64,000 nucleotides of DNA from Gemmatimonadota bacterium (GTDB taxonomy: Bacteria; JAAXHH01), in assembly GCA_026706345.1 (NCBI GenBank), contig JAPOYX010000237.1, forward strand, positions 13,175 to 77,174, in the 5' to 3' direction. The notes under the pieces were generated by a model. That model saw nothing but the letters and a program-made list of their open reading frames with translations, did not search any database and was not told where the DNA came from. Shown piece after piece: positions 20,968 to 30,951 of the stretch. The position numbers and the translations under genes are program-made. Position 1 is the first letter of the stretch; each line of letters opens with the position of its first letter.

Positions 20968-21555
20968 CTAGTCCAGCGCCGGGAAGTCTTCCTGGTCCCG
21001 CAGGGTGTAGGACAGGAGGGCCAGGTCGTGCAGGCTGCCCTCGATGTCGCGGACCTGGGCGGGCAGGATGGCCCGCTGCACGAAACCGACCAGTTGCAGC
21101 AGCAGGATGGCGCCCCGCTGGACGTCCACCATGCACTCGGCGTTGAGCTGCTCGATCGACCCCGTATGGAGCGCTACGGAGATCAATTCGTTGATCATTT
21201 CGACGGCCAGTCCCTGCCGCCGGAAATCGGGGTGTACGACGAGGCGGAGCTTGCCGATATGGCTCTTCCAGCCGCGGCGCTCGCGGTGCAGCGACACCTC
21301 GGCGACGATTTCGCCGTCCACGATGGCCACGATGGGAATGACGACGTCCCAGTCGATATTGCTGCACCATCCCTCGATGATGCTCTTATCCCGGATGTCG
21401 TCTTTCAGGAAGATCCGGTCCTTGCGCGGGATCGACTGAAAAAAGGCGTAAAGCGCTTCCACGTCGTCCGATTCGAGCGGGCGGATCGTAACCTTCGTGC
21501 CGTCCTTCAGCGTCTCCGTCTTCGGGTATTCCTGGGCCAGGATTTCTTCCAGCAT
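20968..21555 (-). CDS. GNAT family N-acetyltransferase
   Basis: 195 aa; acetyl-CoA binding motif LVVHPDFRRQGLAVEMI (R/Q-x-x-G-x-A). Confidence 0.8.
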   Translation of the reverse strand: MLEEILAQEYPKTETLKDGTKVTIRPLESDDVEALYAFFQSIPRKDRIFLKDDIRDKSIIEGWCSNIDWDVVIPIVAIVDGEIVAEVSLHRERRGWKSHIGKLRLVVHPDFRRQGLAVEMINELISVALHTGSIEQLNAECMVDVQRGAILLLQLVGFVQRAILPAQVRDIEGSLHDLALLSYTLRDQEDFPALD

Positions 21556-22028
21556 GGAGGACTCCCTTCTGCTTTCGTGCCCCTCGCAGTGCCGAAAACA
21601 GCCGGCGGGCAGGCGCTTGTCTTCGCGTTATATCCACTGTTCGTCAATCTGGAAGTTAGGTCGAAGGGAAAGTATTGTCAAGCGGGGTCTGGTACATCCC
21701 GAACGGTCTTGTACAGGTTCCAATCAACCCGTTCAATGAAACGGAAACGGCCTTCATTATTGTAAAATTGAAATACTACCTGCAATTTGTCACAACGATG
21801 CAATGGCACCTCGTTCGGACCTCTGTACCAGGCTGTTCTTTCCCCCAAAAACCGCTTGACACGATAGCGCCTCACCCGTAGCCTTACAGCAGATCAATGC
21901 CACGAACGGAATTACCATTGTTTCGGGCCGCAACACGTTGAGCAGGGCTGCCTGCGTTGCGTCCTTCATTCTTGTGCTGTCATACCGATTAGCAGGTATA
22001 CGGCCCGTGGCCGGGGAGGAGCCTATCC

Positions 22029-22376
22029 ATGAAGCTTACATTCACCGATCTCAACGATATGATTCGTGAGTTGAAGGAGAAGAGTGTCCAGTCGATTCGA
22101 GTGAATGAAGTGATTCGTGATGTGCAGGTGATGATACCGGATGATTATCCGATGCCGGTAAAAGCCTTTTCGGTCTACGTAACCGCCAACATCGATGGAG
22201 AATGGAACGAGGATCTCGTGGCTGAGTACGTGGAGCACGTCGGCTGTGTCGACGAGCTCGCCGGGGAGGAGGTCCTTTCGGACCTGCATCGGCGCACGGG
22301 GAACAAGGTGGAGATCCTGCGCGAACTGCTGGCGGGCGAGTTCCTGACGGTAGGTTCGGGTCGGTTCGAAGAATGA
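22029..22376 (+). CDS. hypothetical small acidic protein
   Basis: 115-aa ORF after a ~470-bp low-GC intergenic region. No recognisable motif. Codon usage is acceptable. Confidence 0.4.
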   Translation: MKLTFTDLNDMIRELKEKSVQSIRVNEVIRDVQVMIPDDYPMPVKAFSVYVTANIDGEWNEDLVAEYVEHVGCVDELAGEEVLSDLHRRTGNKVEILRELLAGEFLTVGSGRFEE

Positions 22377-22463
22377 ATGGCGTTGCATCGCACGCCGGTC
22401 CCGTTGGGAATCCGCTGACCGGGACCGGCCTTGAAAACTCCAAAAAACAGAAGGGGTATTGAC

Positions 22464-23438
22464 GTGAGCACCGATTCCGTCGGCTTCGGCGTGATAGGGC
22501 TTGGTATGGGCGCCGTACGCGCCCGTTTCATTCATGAGACGGAAGGCGCAAGACTCGTGGCGGTCGCCGAACTCGACGAAGAACGGGGCCGGAAAGCCGC
22601 GGATGAATACGGGATCGACTGGTACCGGGACTACCGGCGCCTCCTCGACCGGGACGATATCGACGTCATCACCGTGATGACGCCCAGCGGCACCCATGCG
22701 GACTTTGCCATCGCGGCATCGGAGGCGGGCAAGCATGTCATCACCACCAAGCCCGTGGAGGTCAATCTGGAACGGGCGGACCGGATGATCGACGCCTGCC
22801 GCGAGGCGGGCGTGATCCTGGCCGTCGATTTCGAGGCGCGGTACATGGCCGACAACGTCCGCGTCAAGCAGGCCGTGGACGAAGGCCGCCTGGGCAGGAT
22901 GATCCTGGGCGAAGTGCGTCTGAAGTGGTTCCGGAACGACGCCTACTACGAAGGCTGGCACGGCACTTGGGCACTGGACGGCGGCGGATCGCTGATCAAC
23001 CAGTCCGTGCACCAGATAGATCTCCTGGTCTGGTTCATGGGTGCGCCGGAATCTGTCCAGGGCCAGATCGGGGTGTTCAACCACCACATCGAATCCGAAG
23101 ACCTCGGCATGGCCATGATCAAATTCGGGAGCGGTGCGGTGGGAACCATTCTCGGGACGACGACCTGCCCCGTCACCATCCCCGCCGGCGTGGAACTCCA
23201 CGGCACGGAAGGTCTGGTCATTACGGCCGGGAACAAGGTCGCTACCTGGCATATCCCGGAAGAATCGATCGATGACCCCTTCGAGTACGAGGGCCCCCGC
23301 AACGTGATCGAGGACATGGTCCGGCTGGTCCGCCACGGCGGAACTCCCCGCATAACGGGCGAGGAAGCCAAGAAGTCCCTCGCGCTGATCCTGGCCGTCT
23401 ACGAATCGTCGAAGACGGGAAAGTCCGTAACCCCGTAA
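22464..23438 (+). CDS. Gfo/Idh/MocA family oxidoreductase
   Basis: Starts at GTG (VSTDSVGFGVIGLGMGA... Rossmann) and has the EKP-like VITTKPVEVN motif. The upstream in-frame ATG at 22431 is the alternative start. Confidence 0.85.
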   Translation: MSTDSVGFGVIGLGMGAVRARFIHETEGARLVAVAELDEERGRKAADEYGIDWYRDYRRLLDRDDIDVITVMTPSGTHADFAIAASEAGKHVITTKPVEVNLERADRMIDACREAGVILAVDFEARYMADNVRVKQAVDEGRLGRMILGEVRLKWFRNDAYYEGWHGTWALDGGGSLINQSVHQIDLLVWFMGAPESVQGQIGVFNHHIESEDLGMAMIKFGSGAVGTILGTTTCPVTIPAGVELHGTEGLVITAGNKVATWHIPEESIDDPFEYEGPRNVIEDMVRLVRHGGTPRITGEEAKKSLALILAVYESSKTGKSVTP

Positions 23439-23446
23439 CCCGGAAG

Positions 23447-24694
23447 ATGGAAGAGCACAGCATGTCCAGCGCATTCGAAGTGTTGAGGGAACGGGGGTTC
23501 GTCTCCCAGGTCACGGACGAAGAGGCGGTCGCCCGCGCCTTCGACGAAGAGACCGTGACCTGTTACATCGGCTTTGACCCGACGGCGAGCAGCCTGCACG
23601 TCGGCCACCTCGTCCAGATCATGGCATTGGCCCACGTCCAACGCGGCGGTCACCGGCCCATCGCCCTGGTGGGGGGCGGGACGGCCATGGTCAGCGATCC
23701 GAGCGGCAAGGACGAGCTCCGGCCCATGCTGGCTACGGAGGCCATCGATCAGAACATCACCCGGATCAAGACCCAGCTTGAACGTCATCTCGACTTCGAT
23801 GGCGGAAGAGCGCTGATGGTCAACAACGCGGACTGGCTGCGGAGCCTGAACTATGTCTCTTTCCTGCGGGAAATCGGGGAGCATTTCAGCGTGAACCGCA
23901 TGCTGACGGCCGAAGCCTACAAGCTGCGCATGGAGAAGGGATTGACTTTCCTGGAATTCAATTACCAGATTCTCCAGGCCTACGATTTCCTGATGCTCTT
24001 CCGAAACTACGGATGCACGATGCAGTTGGGTGGAGACGATCAGTGGGGCAACATCGTGGCCGGCGTCGACCTGATCCGGCGAAAGGAACGGGCCGCGGCC
24101 CAGGCGGTCACGACGCCCCTGCTGACGACGGCCGACGGAAGCAAGATGGGCAAGACCCTGGGCGGCGCCCTGTGGCTCGATCCCGCCCTGACCTCGCCCT
24201 ACGACTACTATCAGTACTGGATCAACGTCGACGATCGGGACGTTGCGGGCCTCCTCGCCCGCTTTACCTTCCTGCCCATGGAGCAGATCCTGGAACTGTC
24301 CGCCCTGGAAGGCGAGAAAATCAGGGACGCCAAAACAGTGCTGGCCTACGAGGCAACAAAAATCACCCATGGCGAGGAGGAAGCGGCCCAGGCGGAGCGC
24401 GGCGCCCGGAGCGTGTTCGGCGGCGCGTGGGATGGCGGCGACCACGTACCCACCGTGGAAATAGGCCGTGATCGCCTGGAAGCCGGCATCAACGTCGTCG
24501 ATCTGTTCCTGGAAGCCGAACTGGGCAAGAGCAAGAGCGAAGTGCGCCGGTTGATTCAGCAGGGCGGCGCATCCGTCAACGGCGAAAAGGTGTCCGCGAT
24601 CGAGCGTGTACTCGATACCGGAGATCTCGACGACGAAGGCGTCCTGCTGCTGAGAGCCGGCAAGAAGCGTTTTCAGCGCGTCAAGACCGGATGA
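23447..24694 (+). CDS. tyrS: tyrosine--tRNA ligase
   Basis: 415 aa; HIGH motif (HVGHL), KMSKS motif (KMGKT), and a C-terminal S4 RNA-binding domain. Confidence 0.95.
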   Translation: MEEHSMSSAFEVLRERGFVSQVTDEEAVARAFDEETVTCYIGFDPTASSLHVGHLVQIMALAHVQRGGHRPIALVGGGTAMVSDPSGKDELRPMLATEAIDQNITRIKTQLERHLDFDGGRALMVNNADWLRSLNYVSFLREIGEHFSVNRMLTAEAYKLRMEKGLTFLEFNYQILQAYDFLMLFRNYGCTMQLGGDDQWGNIVAGVDLIRRKERAAAQAVTTPLLTTADGSKMGKTLGGALWLDPALTSPYDYYQYWINVDDRDVAGLLARFTFLPMEQILELSALEGEKIRDAKTVLAYEATKITHGEEEAAQAERGARSVFGGAWDGGDHVPTVEIGRDRLEAGINVVDLFLEAELGKSKSEVRRLIQQGGASVNGEKVSAIERVLDTGDLDDEGVLLLRAGKKRFQRVKTG

Positions 24695-24792
24695 GACCTG
24701 ACGCGGACGATCGCGTACGCGGCACCGCACCTGCTGTCATTCCTTGATCTTTTTCGCTCATCCCCGCCACGCGCGGGTTTTTCTTTTTTCTT

Positions 24793-25647
24793 ATGTTCAA
24801 GAACCTGAATCCCGGCATGATCGGCATCAGCGCTTCTCTGCCCGAGGCGCTGGATATGGCCGCGCAACACGGGTTCGGCGGGGTCGATCTCAACATGCCG
24901 GACGTGGCCGAACTGGTCGGGCGGACGTCTCTCGAGGAGGTCAGCGGTTTTTTCGCGAGAACCGGCCGGCGTACCGGGAACTGGGGACTGCCTGTCGAAT
25001 GGCATGGCAGCAGGGAGAAGTGGAAGGAAGAACTGGCCCTGTTGCGAAGCTACGCCGCCCTGGCGCGGGATATCGGCGCCCTGAGGACGACTACTGTTGT
25101 GCTGCCTTATTCGAATGAACGGACTTTCGACGAAAACTACGCCTTTCACGTGGAGCGGCTGAGGCCGGTCGCCGAAATCCTCGGGAAATACGGCTGCCGG
25201 TTCGGCCTGGAGTTCATCGGTCCGAAAACGCTGAGAGTGGGAAAGAAGCACGAATTCATCTGCACCATGGACGGCATGCTGGCGCTCTGCCGCGACCTGG
25301 GCCCGCACGTGGGGCTTTTGCTGGACCTGTGGCACTGGTATACGTCCCACGGCACCTGGGAAGATCTCTCGAAACTGGGCAACGACGACATCGTCAACGT
25401 GCACGTCAACGACGCGCCGGCCGGGATTCCGGTCGACGAGCAGATCGACAACCAACGGTGCCTGCCCGGCGAAACCGGCGTCCTCGATATAGCCCGGTTC
25501 CTCGGCGTGCTGGACGCCATGGGCTACGACGGGCCCGTCACGGCGGAGCCCTTCAGCGCCCGGGTGAACGGACTGGCACCGCATAATGCGCTCAGCGAAA
25601 CGGCCGAAGCCATGCACAGGGCATGGACTTCCGCCGGAATCGCGTAG
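24793..25647 (+). CDS. sugar phosphate isomerase/epimerase (xylose isomerase-like TIM barrel)
   Basis: 284 aa; TIM-barrel AP-endonuclease-2 family pattern (LEFIGPK..., LLDLWHW, HVNDA). Confidence 0.8.
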   Translation: MFKNLNPGMIGISASLPEALDMAAQHGFGGVDLNMPDVAELVGRTSLEEVSGFFARTGRRTGNWGLPVEWHGSREKWKEELALLRSYAALARDIGALRTTTVVLPYSNERTFDENYAFHVERLRPVAEILGKYGCRFGLEFIGPKTLRVGKKHEFICTMDGMLALCRDLGPHVGLLLDLWHWYTSHGTWEDLSKLGNDDIVNVHVNDAPAGIPVDEQIDNQRCLPGETGVLDIARFLGVLDAMGYDGPVTAEPFSARVNGLAPHNALSETAEAMHRAWTSAGIA

Positions 25648-25688
25648 TCCCGGCGGAATCGCATAGTCCCTGCGGGATCGCATAGTGC
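25631..25688. repeat. three imperfect tandem copies of a ~19-bp unit overlapping the stop codon of the preceding gene
   Basis: ccggaatcgcgtagtccc / ggcggaatcgcatagtccc / tgcgggatcgcatagtgc. The first copy contains the TAG stop of the 24793..25647 CDS. Confidence 0.5.
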
Positions 25689-25725
25689 AGCGCGAGTTAT
25701 CGATGCAGTCGAAGAAAGGTAAAGG

Positions 25726-26568
25726 ATGACGACATCCCCGGAACGCGTTTCCGTCCACGGCGGCCACAGCGGACAGTTCTGCGGTCACGCGGAGGATCAG
25801 TTGGAGGACATCGTCCGAGCCTATATCGCCCACGGGTACGCCTGGGTGGGCATCACCGAGCACATGCCGCCGGAGAAGGATGAGCTGAGCTACCCCGATG
25901 AGCTGGACGCCGGCCTGAGCGCCGTCGATCAACAGGCCCGTTTTGCCGAGTACATGTCGACCTGCCGGCGGCTCCGGGACAAATACGCCTCGGAGATCCG
26001 GATCCTGGTGGCCTTCGAGGCGGAGGCGTACACGGGCTATGAAAGCTGGGTGCCCGCCGTGCGGAAGGAGTTCGAGCCCGATTACATCGTGGGCTCCTTG
26101 CACCAGATCAATGACGAGTTGTTCGATGGGTCGCCGGAGTGGTACCGGGCGGCGGCAGAAACAGCAGGAGGTGTGGACGAGTTGTACTGTGCCTACTTCG
26201 ACCGCCAGTACGAGGTGATCACGACGCTTTCACCCGAGGTGATCGGGCACTTCGACCTGGTCCGAATCTTCGATCCGGATTACAGGGCGCGCCTGGTCAA
26301 ACCCTTCGTGTGGAAACGAGTCGTGCGTAACCTGGAAGCGATCCGGGACCTGGGGTCGATCATGGACTTCAACCTGGCCGCGCTAAAAAAGGGCCAGCCA
26401 GAGCCCTATATTGCCCGCCCGGTGCTCGAGCAGGCCCGGAAGATGGGCATCGCCGTGGTGCCCGGGGACGACTCCCACGGCGTGGGCAACATCGACCAGT
26501 TCTGGGACGAGGGCGTGCGCATACTGCGGGCTGCGGGATTCGACTTGAAATGGAAATGCCCCGCGTGA
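25726..26568 (+). CDS. histidinol-phosphatase, PHP family (HisJ/HisK-like)
   Basis: 280 aa; the N-terminal VHGGHSGQFCGHA metal-binding His cluster and a later ...GHFD motif are typical of PHP histidinol phosphatases. Confidence 0.75.
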   Translation: MTTSPERVSVHGGHSGQFCGHAEDQLEDIVRAYIAHGYAWVGITEHMPPEKDELSYPDELDAGLSAVDQQARFAEYMSTCRRLRDKYASEIRILVAFEAEAYTGYESWVPAVRKEFEPDYIVGSLHQINDELFDGSPEWYRAAAETAGGVDELYCAYFDRQYEVITTLSPEVIGHFDLVRIFDPDYRARLVKPFVWKRVVRNLEAIRDLGSIMDFNLAALKKGQPEPYIARPVLEQARKMGIAVVPGDDSHGVGNIDQFWDEGVRILRAAGFDLKWKCPA

Positions 26569-26749
26569 AGTGGAACGACATCCCAAACGCTCACAGCCAG
26601 TTAAGGAATCTTCTACAAAACGGCTTTTTTACTCGAGAAATTCATAACAGCATCGACTAACGGTAATGTATCGATGCTAAGAAGAAGATGTTTCGGTTGA
26701 TGGATATGTAGACGGGGCCAGTCCGGGATTGGATGAGAGAGGTGTCTAA

Positions 26750-27013
26750 ATGAGTGACTTTGAAAACCCATCGTCGCCTTCTCCTGGCACACCGATCGTC
26801 CTTCAGAATGAATGGCTGATGACGCAGCTCATTGACATTAAGAAGGAAATGGGCGAGATACGTGCCGAAATCGAAAAATCAAGAACCGAAATCGAAAAAT
26901 CAAGAACCGAAGCGGCGGACAGGGAAAACAGAATACTGAAATGGGCAATTGCCCTGGTGCCTGTAACTGCCCTCGCGTTACTGAAAATCTGGGATCTCTT
27001 ACCAATAAACTGA
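26750..27013 (+). CDS. hypothetical small protein with internal 7-aa tandem repeat and C-terminal hydrophobic anchor (low-GC insert)
   Basis: 87-aa ORF in a ~470-bp region of clearly lower GC than its flanks. It contains a perfect 21-bp tandem repeat (gaaatcgaaaaatcaagaacc, twice), giving EIEKSRT-EIEKSRT, and a C-terminal hydrophobic stretch WAIALVPVTALALLKIW. Confidence 0.4.
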   Translation: MSDFENPSSPSPGTPIVLQNEWLMTQLIDIKKEMGEIRAEIEKSRTEIEKSRTEAADRENRILKWAIALVPVTALALLKIWDLLPIN

Positions 27014-27042
27014 AGGAAAACGAAGAACGCTCAATTCGGTAC

Positions 27043-28620
27043 CTAGTACATTCTGTCCCAGGGACCGACCGGCACCTCGATGAGTGTCGGAGTATCCGCC
27101 GAAACGGCTTCGCTTACGGCCGCTTCCAACTGTGATGCGTCCTCGGCCAGAACTCCCCTTGCGCCATAGGCTTCGGCCAGCTTGACGAAATCGGGGTTGT
27201 GGAGTTCGGTGCCGACGACGTGGCCGTCGAATTCCTCCATCTGGGCACGCCAGACGTTGCCGTAGGCGTTGTCGTTGAACACGACTGTCACCACGTTAAC
27301 GCCATACTTCACGGCCGTGGCGAGCTCCTGGAGGTTGTAGAGGATGCCTCCGTCGCCGGAGACCACGACGACCGCCCGGTCGGGCCGGCCGATCTTCAGG
27401 CCGATGCCCACGGGGAACACGCTGCCGAGGGTGCCGTGGTGCGAGGAAGTCTGGTATCCCCTCGGGGAATTGGAATGGTAGTAGTTCCGGCTGTAGTATC
27501 CCATCTGGTTCATCCCGCCCACGAAGATCCCGTCGTCCGGTATCGCCGCCCGCATGGCGTCCATGAAAGCGCCTTGCGGTTGGAGTTGCTCGCCGGACCC
27601 GAAGCGATGGGCATTGATCGCCTGGATATCTTCGGTGACGTTGGGCCTGGGATCCGTCCGGGCGGACACGCGATCGAACAGGACTTCGAGGCTCAGTGCG
27701 GCGTCACCGAGAATGCCGTGGGTATGGGCGCCATCCTGGCTGATCTGGGAGAGATCGTCGTCGATTCGTATTACCGTCTGGGATGCCAGACGGCTGCCCA
27801 GGTCGGTGGACGTACCCACCGCCAGGATCACGTCGCACGCATCCACTCGGTCCTTCAGCGGTTTGAATCGCGTCTCGCACATACCAAGCGAGAGGGGATG
27901 GCGGGCCGGAAGGATGCCCTTTCCGCTGCGGCTGCTGACGACCGGGCTGCCCAGATGTTCGGCGAGCTTGCGAACCAGCGGCGCACCTTCCGATGCCCCG
28001 ACACCAACCCAGATCAGCGGCCGTTTCGCCTGGACCAGTAGTTCCGCCGCGTGATCCAGATGGGCCTCGTCGCCCGCCGCGGGTGCATAGGATTCGGCGG
28101 CCAGCAGTTCAACCTCTTCCGCGGATCTGAATATATCGGGGCCTACCTCCAGGATGACGGGACGCTTCCGTGGGGTATTGAGCTGGCGAAACGCTTCACG
28201 CACCAGGCCAGGTATATCCGCCGGCGATTCGGCCCGGCCCGCCCATTTCGAAAAGGCGCCATATTCGCCCAGACTGTCGTGTTTCGGCTGGCCGGGCTCG
28301 TGCACTCCGTGGTGGTCTCCCGTGATTAGCAGCACGGGCGACGACTGTGCGAAGGCCGTAGCCAGTCCGGCCGTGGTGTTGAAGAAACCGGGGCCCTCCA
28401 CAGCCAGGCCGACCCCCGGCTTGCCGCTCACGCGGGCGTAGCCGTCGGCGATGTAGCTGATTGCCTGCTCGTTGCGGGTGGTGATGTAGCGCATGCCCTC
28501 CTGTTGGTAAATGCCGTCTATGGCTTCGTACTGACCCGCTCCCGGCAGGCCGAAGACGACGCGCACGCCGTTATTGTACAGGGACCGGCTCAGTGCTTCG
28601 CCGCCATTCATTCTGGGCAT
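27043..28620 (-). CDS. thiamine pyrophosphate-dependent enzyme (acetolactate synthase large subunit-like)
   Basis: 525 aa with N-terminal TPP-Pyr, central and C-terminal TPP-PP domains. GDGG...N motif (VVSGDGGILYNLQELATA...NDNAYG). Confidence 0.85.
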   Translation of the reverse strand: MPRMNGGEALSRSLYNNGVRVVFGLPGAGQYEAIDGIYQQEGMRYITTRNEQAISYIADGYARVSGKPGVGLAVEGPGFFNTTAGLATAFAQSSPVLLITGDHHGVHEPGQPKHDSLGEYGAFSKWAGRAESPADIPGLVREAFRQLNTPRKRPVILEVGPDIFRSAEEVELLAAESYAPAAGDEAHLDHAAELLVQAKRPLIWVGVGASEGAPLVRKLAEHLGSPVVSSRSGKGILPARHPLSLGMCETRFKPLKDRVDACDVILAVGTSTDLGSRLASQTVIRIDDDLSQISQDGAHTHGILGDAALSLEVLFDRVSARTDPRPNVTEDIQAINAHRFGSGEQLQPQGAFMDAMRAAIPDDGIFVGGMNQMGYYSRNYYHSNSPRGYQTSSHHGTLGSVFPVGIGLKIGRPDRAVVVVSGDGGILYNLQELATAVKYGVNVVTVVFNDNAYGNVWRAQMEEFDGHVVGTELHNPDFVKLAEAYGARGVLAEDASQLEAAVSEAVSADTPTLIEVPVGPWDRMY

Positions 28621-28688
28621 CTGCTTCTCCTCTAATCCTTGATCTGAACTCCATGCCTTGGCCTGAAGTTTAATTCCTGGCCTTGAAT

Positions 28689-30095
28689 CTATTCACCGGC
28701 CACCTGCCTGCGGAACCACAGCAGGTAAACCGGCACGCCGAGGAGCAGCACGATAATCCCCGGCAGCGCCTCGCTGAAACTGAAAACGACCGTCGATACG
28801 ATGTATCCGAGCGACACGACGATAAAGAAGAGCGGCGTGACGGGATAACCCCACACCTTGAATGGACGGGGCGCGTCGGGATACTTGCGGCGAAGGATGA
28901 ATACGGCGACTACGCTCAACACGTAAAACACGAAGAGCACGTACATCACCGCCAGGACGATCTCCATGAAGTTGCCGACGAGGCTCCAGGCCATGCCCAG
29001 GATGGTCAGGGTCGTAATCGTCCGCGAAGGCGTTCGGAACCTGGGATGCACTCGGGTGAACCAGCTGAAAAAGAGGCGCTCGCGGGCCATGCCGTAGGCG
29101 ATACGCGGCATGTAGATGATGTTGGCGTTGAGGGTTCCGAAGGTGGCCACGACAACCGCCAGGGAGGTCAGCGATCCGCCGACCGGACCGATCAGCCTTT
29201 CCGCTACCTCGGCCGCAATTTGATTCGACCGGGCGATTTCGTCGATATTCATGACGTAAAGGTATGCCCAGTTTACCGCCAGGTAGACCAGCATGCACAG
29301 GCTCAGTCCGATGATGATGGCCAGGGGCAGCACCCGCCTGGGATCCTTCACCTCGCCCGCGACGTTGTTCGTGTTATACCAGCCGTTGTACGAAAACAGG
29401 ATGCCGACCATGGCCGTTCCCAGCGCGCCGAAGAGGCTCATTTCCCTGCCCGTGGCGGACGGCGTGGAGAAATGGTCCGCGGATCCGCCGACGATCAGGG
29501 CGAGGAATACCAGCCCCAGCAGGGCCGCGACCTTGGCGAAGGTGGACACGTTGGATATGATCCCTCCGAATCGCACACCCGCATAGTTGACGGCGCCAAG
29601 CAGCGCCAGGACAGCGAAGATCGCCAGGTGCTGGGTCGAGACCATCAGCGGTCCGGCCTGAATCAGCACATTTTCCAGCGAGATCTCCGGTACGAAGTAC
29701 CCGATGTACGAGGTGCAGATCATGGCGACGGCGGCCAGCGCGCCGGGACAGATCACCGCGGTTTCCGTCCACCCGTAGAGAAAGGGCACGAAGGGCGGAT
29801 AGGATTCCCGGAGATACACGATGATGCCGCCCGTGCGGGGCATCATGGCACCCAGTTCGGCGAAGCACAGGGCACCCGAGAAGCAAAGCATCCCGCCGAT
29901 CACCCAGACCAGCAGGAACAGTTCGGGAGAACCCAGCACGGCCGCGATACCCGCGGGGGCGCCGAATATGCCGGACCCTATGATGCCGCCGACGATGATC
30001 GTCGTGGCCGCGACCAGGCCGAGATCCCGGGCCAGTTCGGTTTCGAGCTGAAACCGGTTCCCGACGCGCTCCGGTTCCGGTACTTGTTCAGCCAT
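28689..30095 (-). CDS. APC superfamily amino acid permease
   Basis: 468 aa, about 12 TM segments; N-terminal signature GSGIFGAPAGIA. Confidence 0.85.
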   Translation of the reverse strand: MAEQVPEPERVGNRFQLETELARDLGLVAATTIIVGGIIGSGIFGAPAGIAAVLGSPELFLLVWVIGGMLCFSGALCFAELGAMMPRTGGIIVYLRESYPPFVPFLYGWTETAVICPGALAAVAMICTSYIGYFVPEISLENVLIQAGPLMVSTQHLAIFAVLALLGAVNYAGVRFGGIISNVSTFAKVAALLGLVFLALIVGGSADHFSTPSATGREMSLFGALGTAMVGILFSYNGWYNTNNVAGEVKDPRRVLPLAIIIGLSLCMLVYLAVNWAYLYVMNIDEIARSNQIAAEVAERLIGPVGGSLTSLAVVVATFGTLNANIIYMPRIAYGMARERLFFSWFTRVHPRFRTPSRTITTLTILGMAWSLVGNFMEIVLAVMYVLFVFYVLSVVAVFILRRKYPDAPRPFKVWGYPVTPLFFIVVSLGYIVSTVVFSFSEALPGIIVLLLGVPVYLLWFRRQVAGE

Positions 30096-30215
30096 GCTGT
30101 TCCTCCGGTGTCGTCATGAACAGCGATTGCGTGCCTTTGAAAACAGGAAAGAAACTTAAAAAAAATTGGAAGCGGGGTGATCGTCAAGGACAATATACCC
30201 CGCGCACATCCCGTT

Positions 30216-30244
30216 TGACAGGGCGGCGCCGGATCAGTATATTC
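30216..30244 (+). promoter_or_regulatory. candidate sigma70 promoter (TTGACA-17-TATATT)
   Basis: TTGACA at 30216-30221, a 17-nt spacer, and TATATT at 30239-30244, about 85 nt upstream of the ATG at 30331. Confidence 0.4.
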
Positions 30245-30330
30245 GGCCCGAATCCCGTCATCGACCGGGGGCAGGGCCCACGCCCGAGATCCCCGGTTCC
30301 GAACCTGTTTCCACCACCATCCAGACCTGA

Positions 30331-30913
30331 AATGCACCTCATCGTCGCCATCGTTGGCATGACCGGATCGGGCAAGTCGACGGCCGCCGAATGCCTGGTC
30401 GCCCGGGGCTGGCGCCACATTCGTTTCGGCCAGGTGACCATCGACCGGCTCAGGGAAGAAGGACGGGAAGTAAACCCGGAGAACGAGAAGGAGATGCGCG
30501 AGCAGTTACGGCGCGACCACGGGATGGGGGCTTTCGCGCTGCTTTCGCTTCCCGCCATCGCGGAAGGCCTGAAACACGGCCACGTCGTGATCGACGGGCT
30601 GTACTCCTGGTCGGAGCACAAGATCCTGAAGGAAGCCTACGGCGAGCGCATCCACGTGGTGGCCGTCGTCTCCTCGCCGAAGACCCGGTACGGGCGTCTG
30701 GAGAACCGGGTGCACGACGCGCGGCGCGACCCCCAGTACCGTATGCGGCCTCTCACGGCGGACGAGGCCCGGAAGCGGGATCATGCGGAGATCGAGAATA
30801 TCGAGAAGGGGGGTCCCATCGCCATGGCGGATTTCACCGTGGTAAACGAGTCGACCCCGCAAGACATGATCGACGCGGTCCTGGCCTACGTGGGCCGCGT
30901 CACTTCCTCGTAA
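30331..30913 (+). CDS. P-loop NTPase, putative nucleotide/nucleoside kinase (dephospho-CoA-kinase-like AAA domain)
   Basis: 194 aa; Walker A GMTGSGKST near the N-terminus and the small size typical of NMP-kinase-fold proteins. Confidence 0.6.
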
Positions 30914-30951
30914 CAAGCCGGCCCAGCTTCTTAACCCGCGGGTCCCGTTTC

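Noticed and set aside
21675-21881. Small ORFs in the AT-rich spacer
   Set aside because: Both strands give about 65-aa ORFs with no RBS and no codon-usage support. More likely non-coding.
26580-26640. Rho-independent terminator after the PHP phosphatase gene (T-run aaaacggcttttttact)
   Set aside because: I could not find a convincing GC-rich stem preceding the T-run, so I am not reporting it as a terminator.
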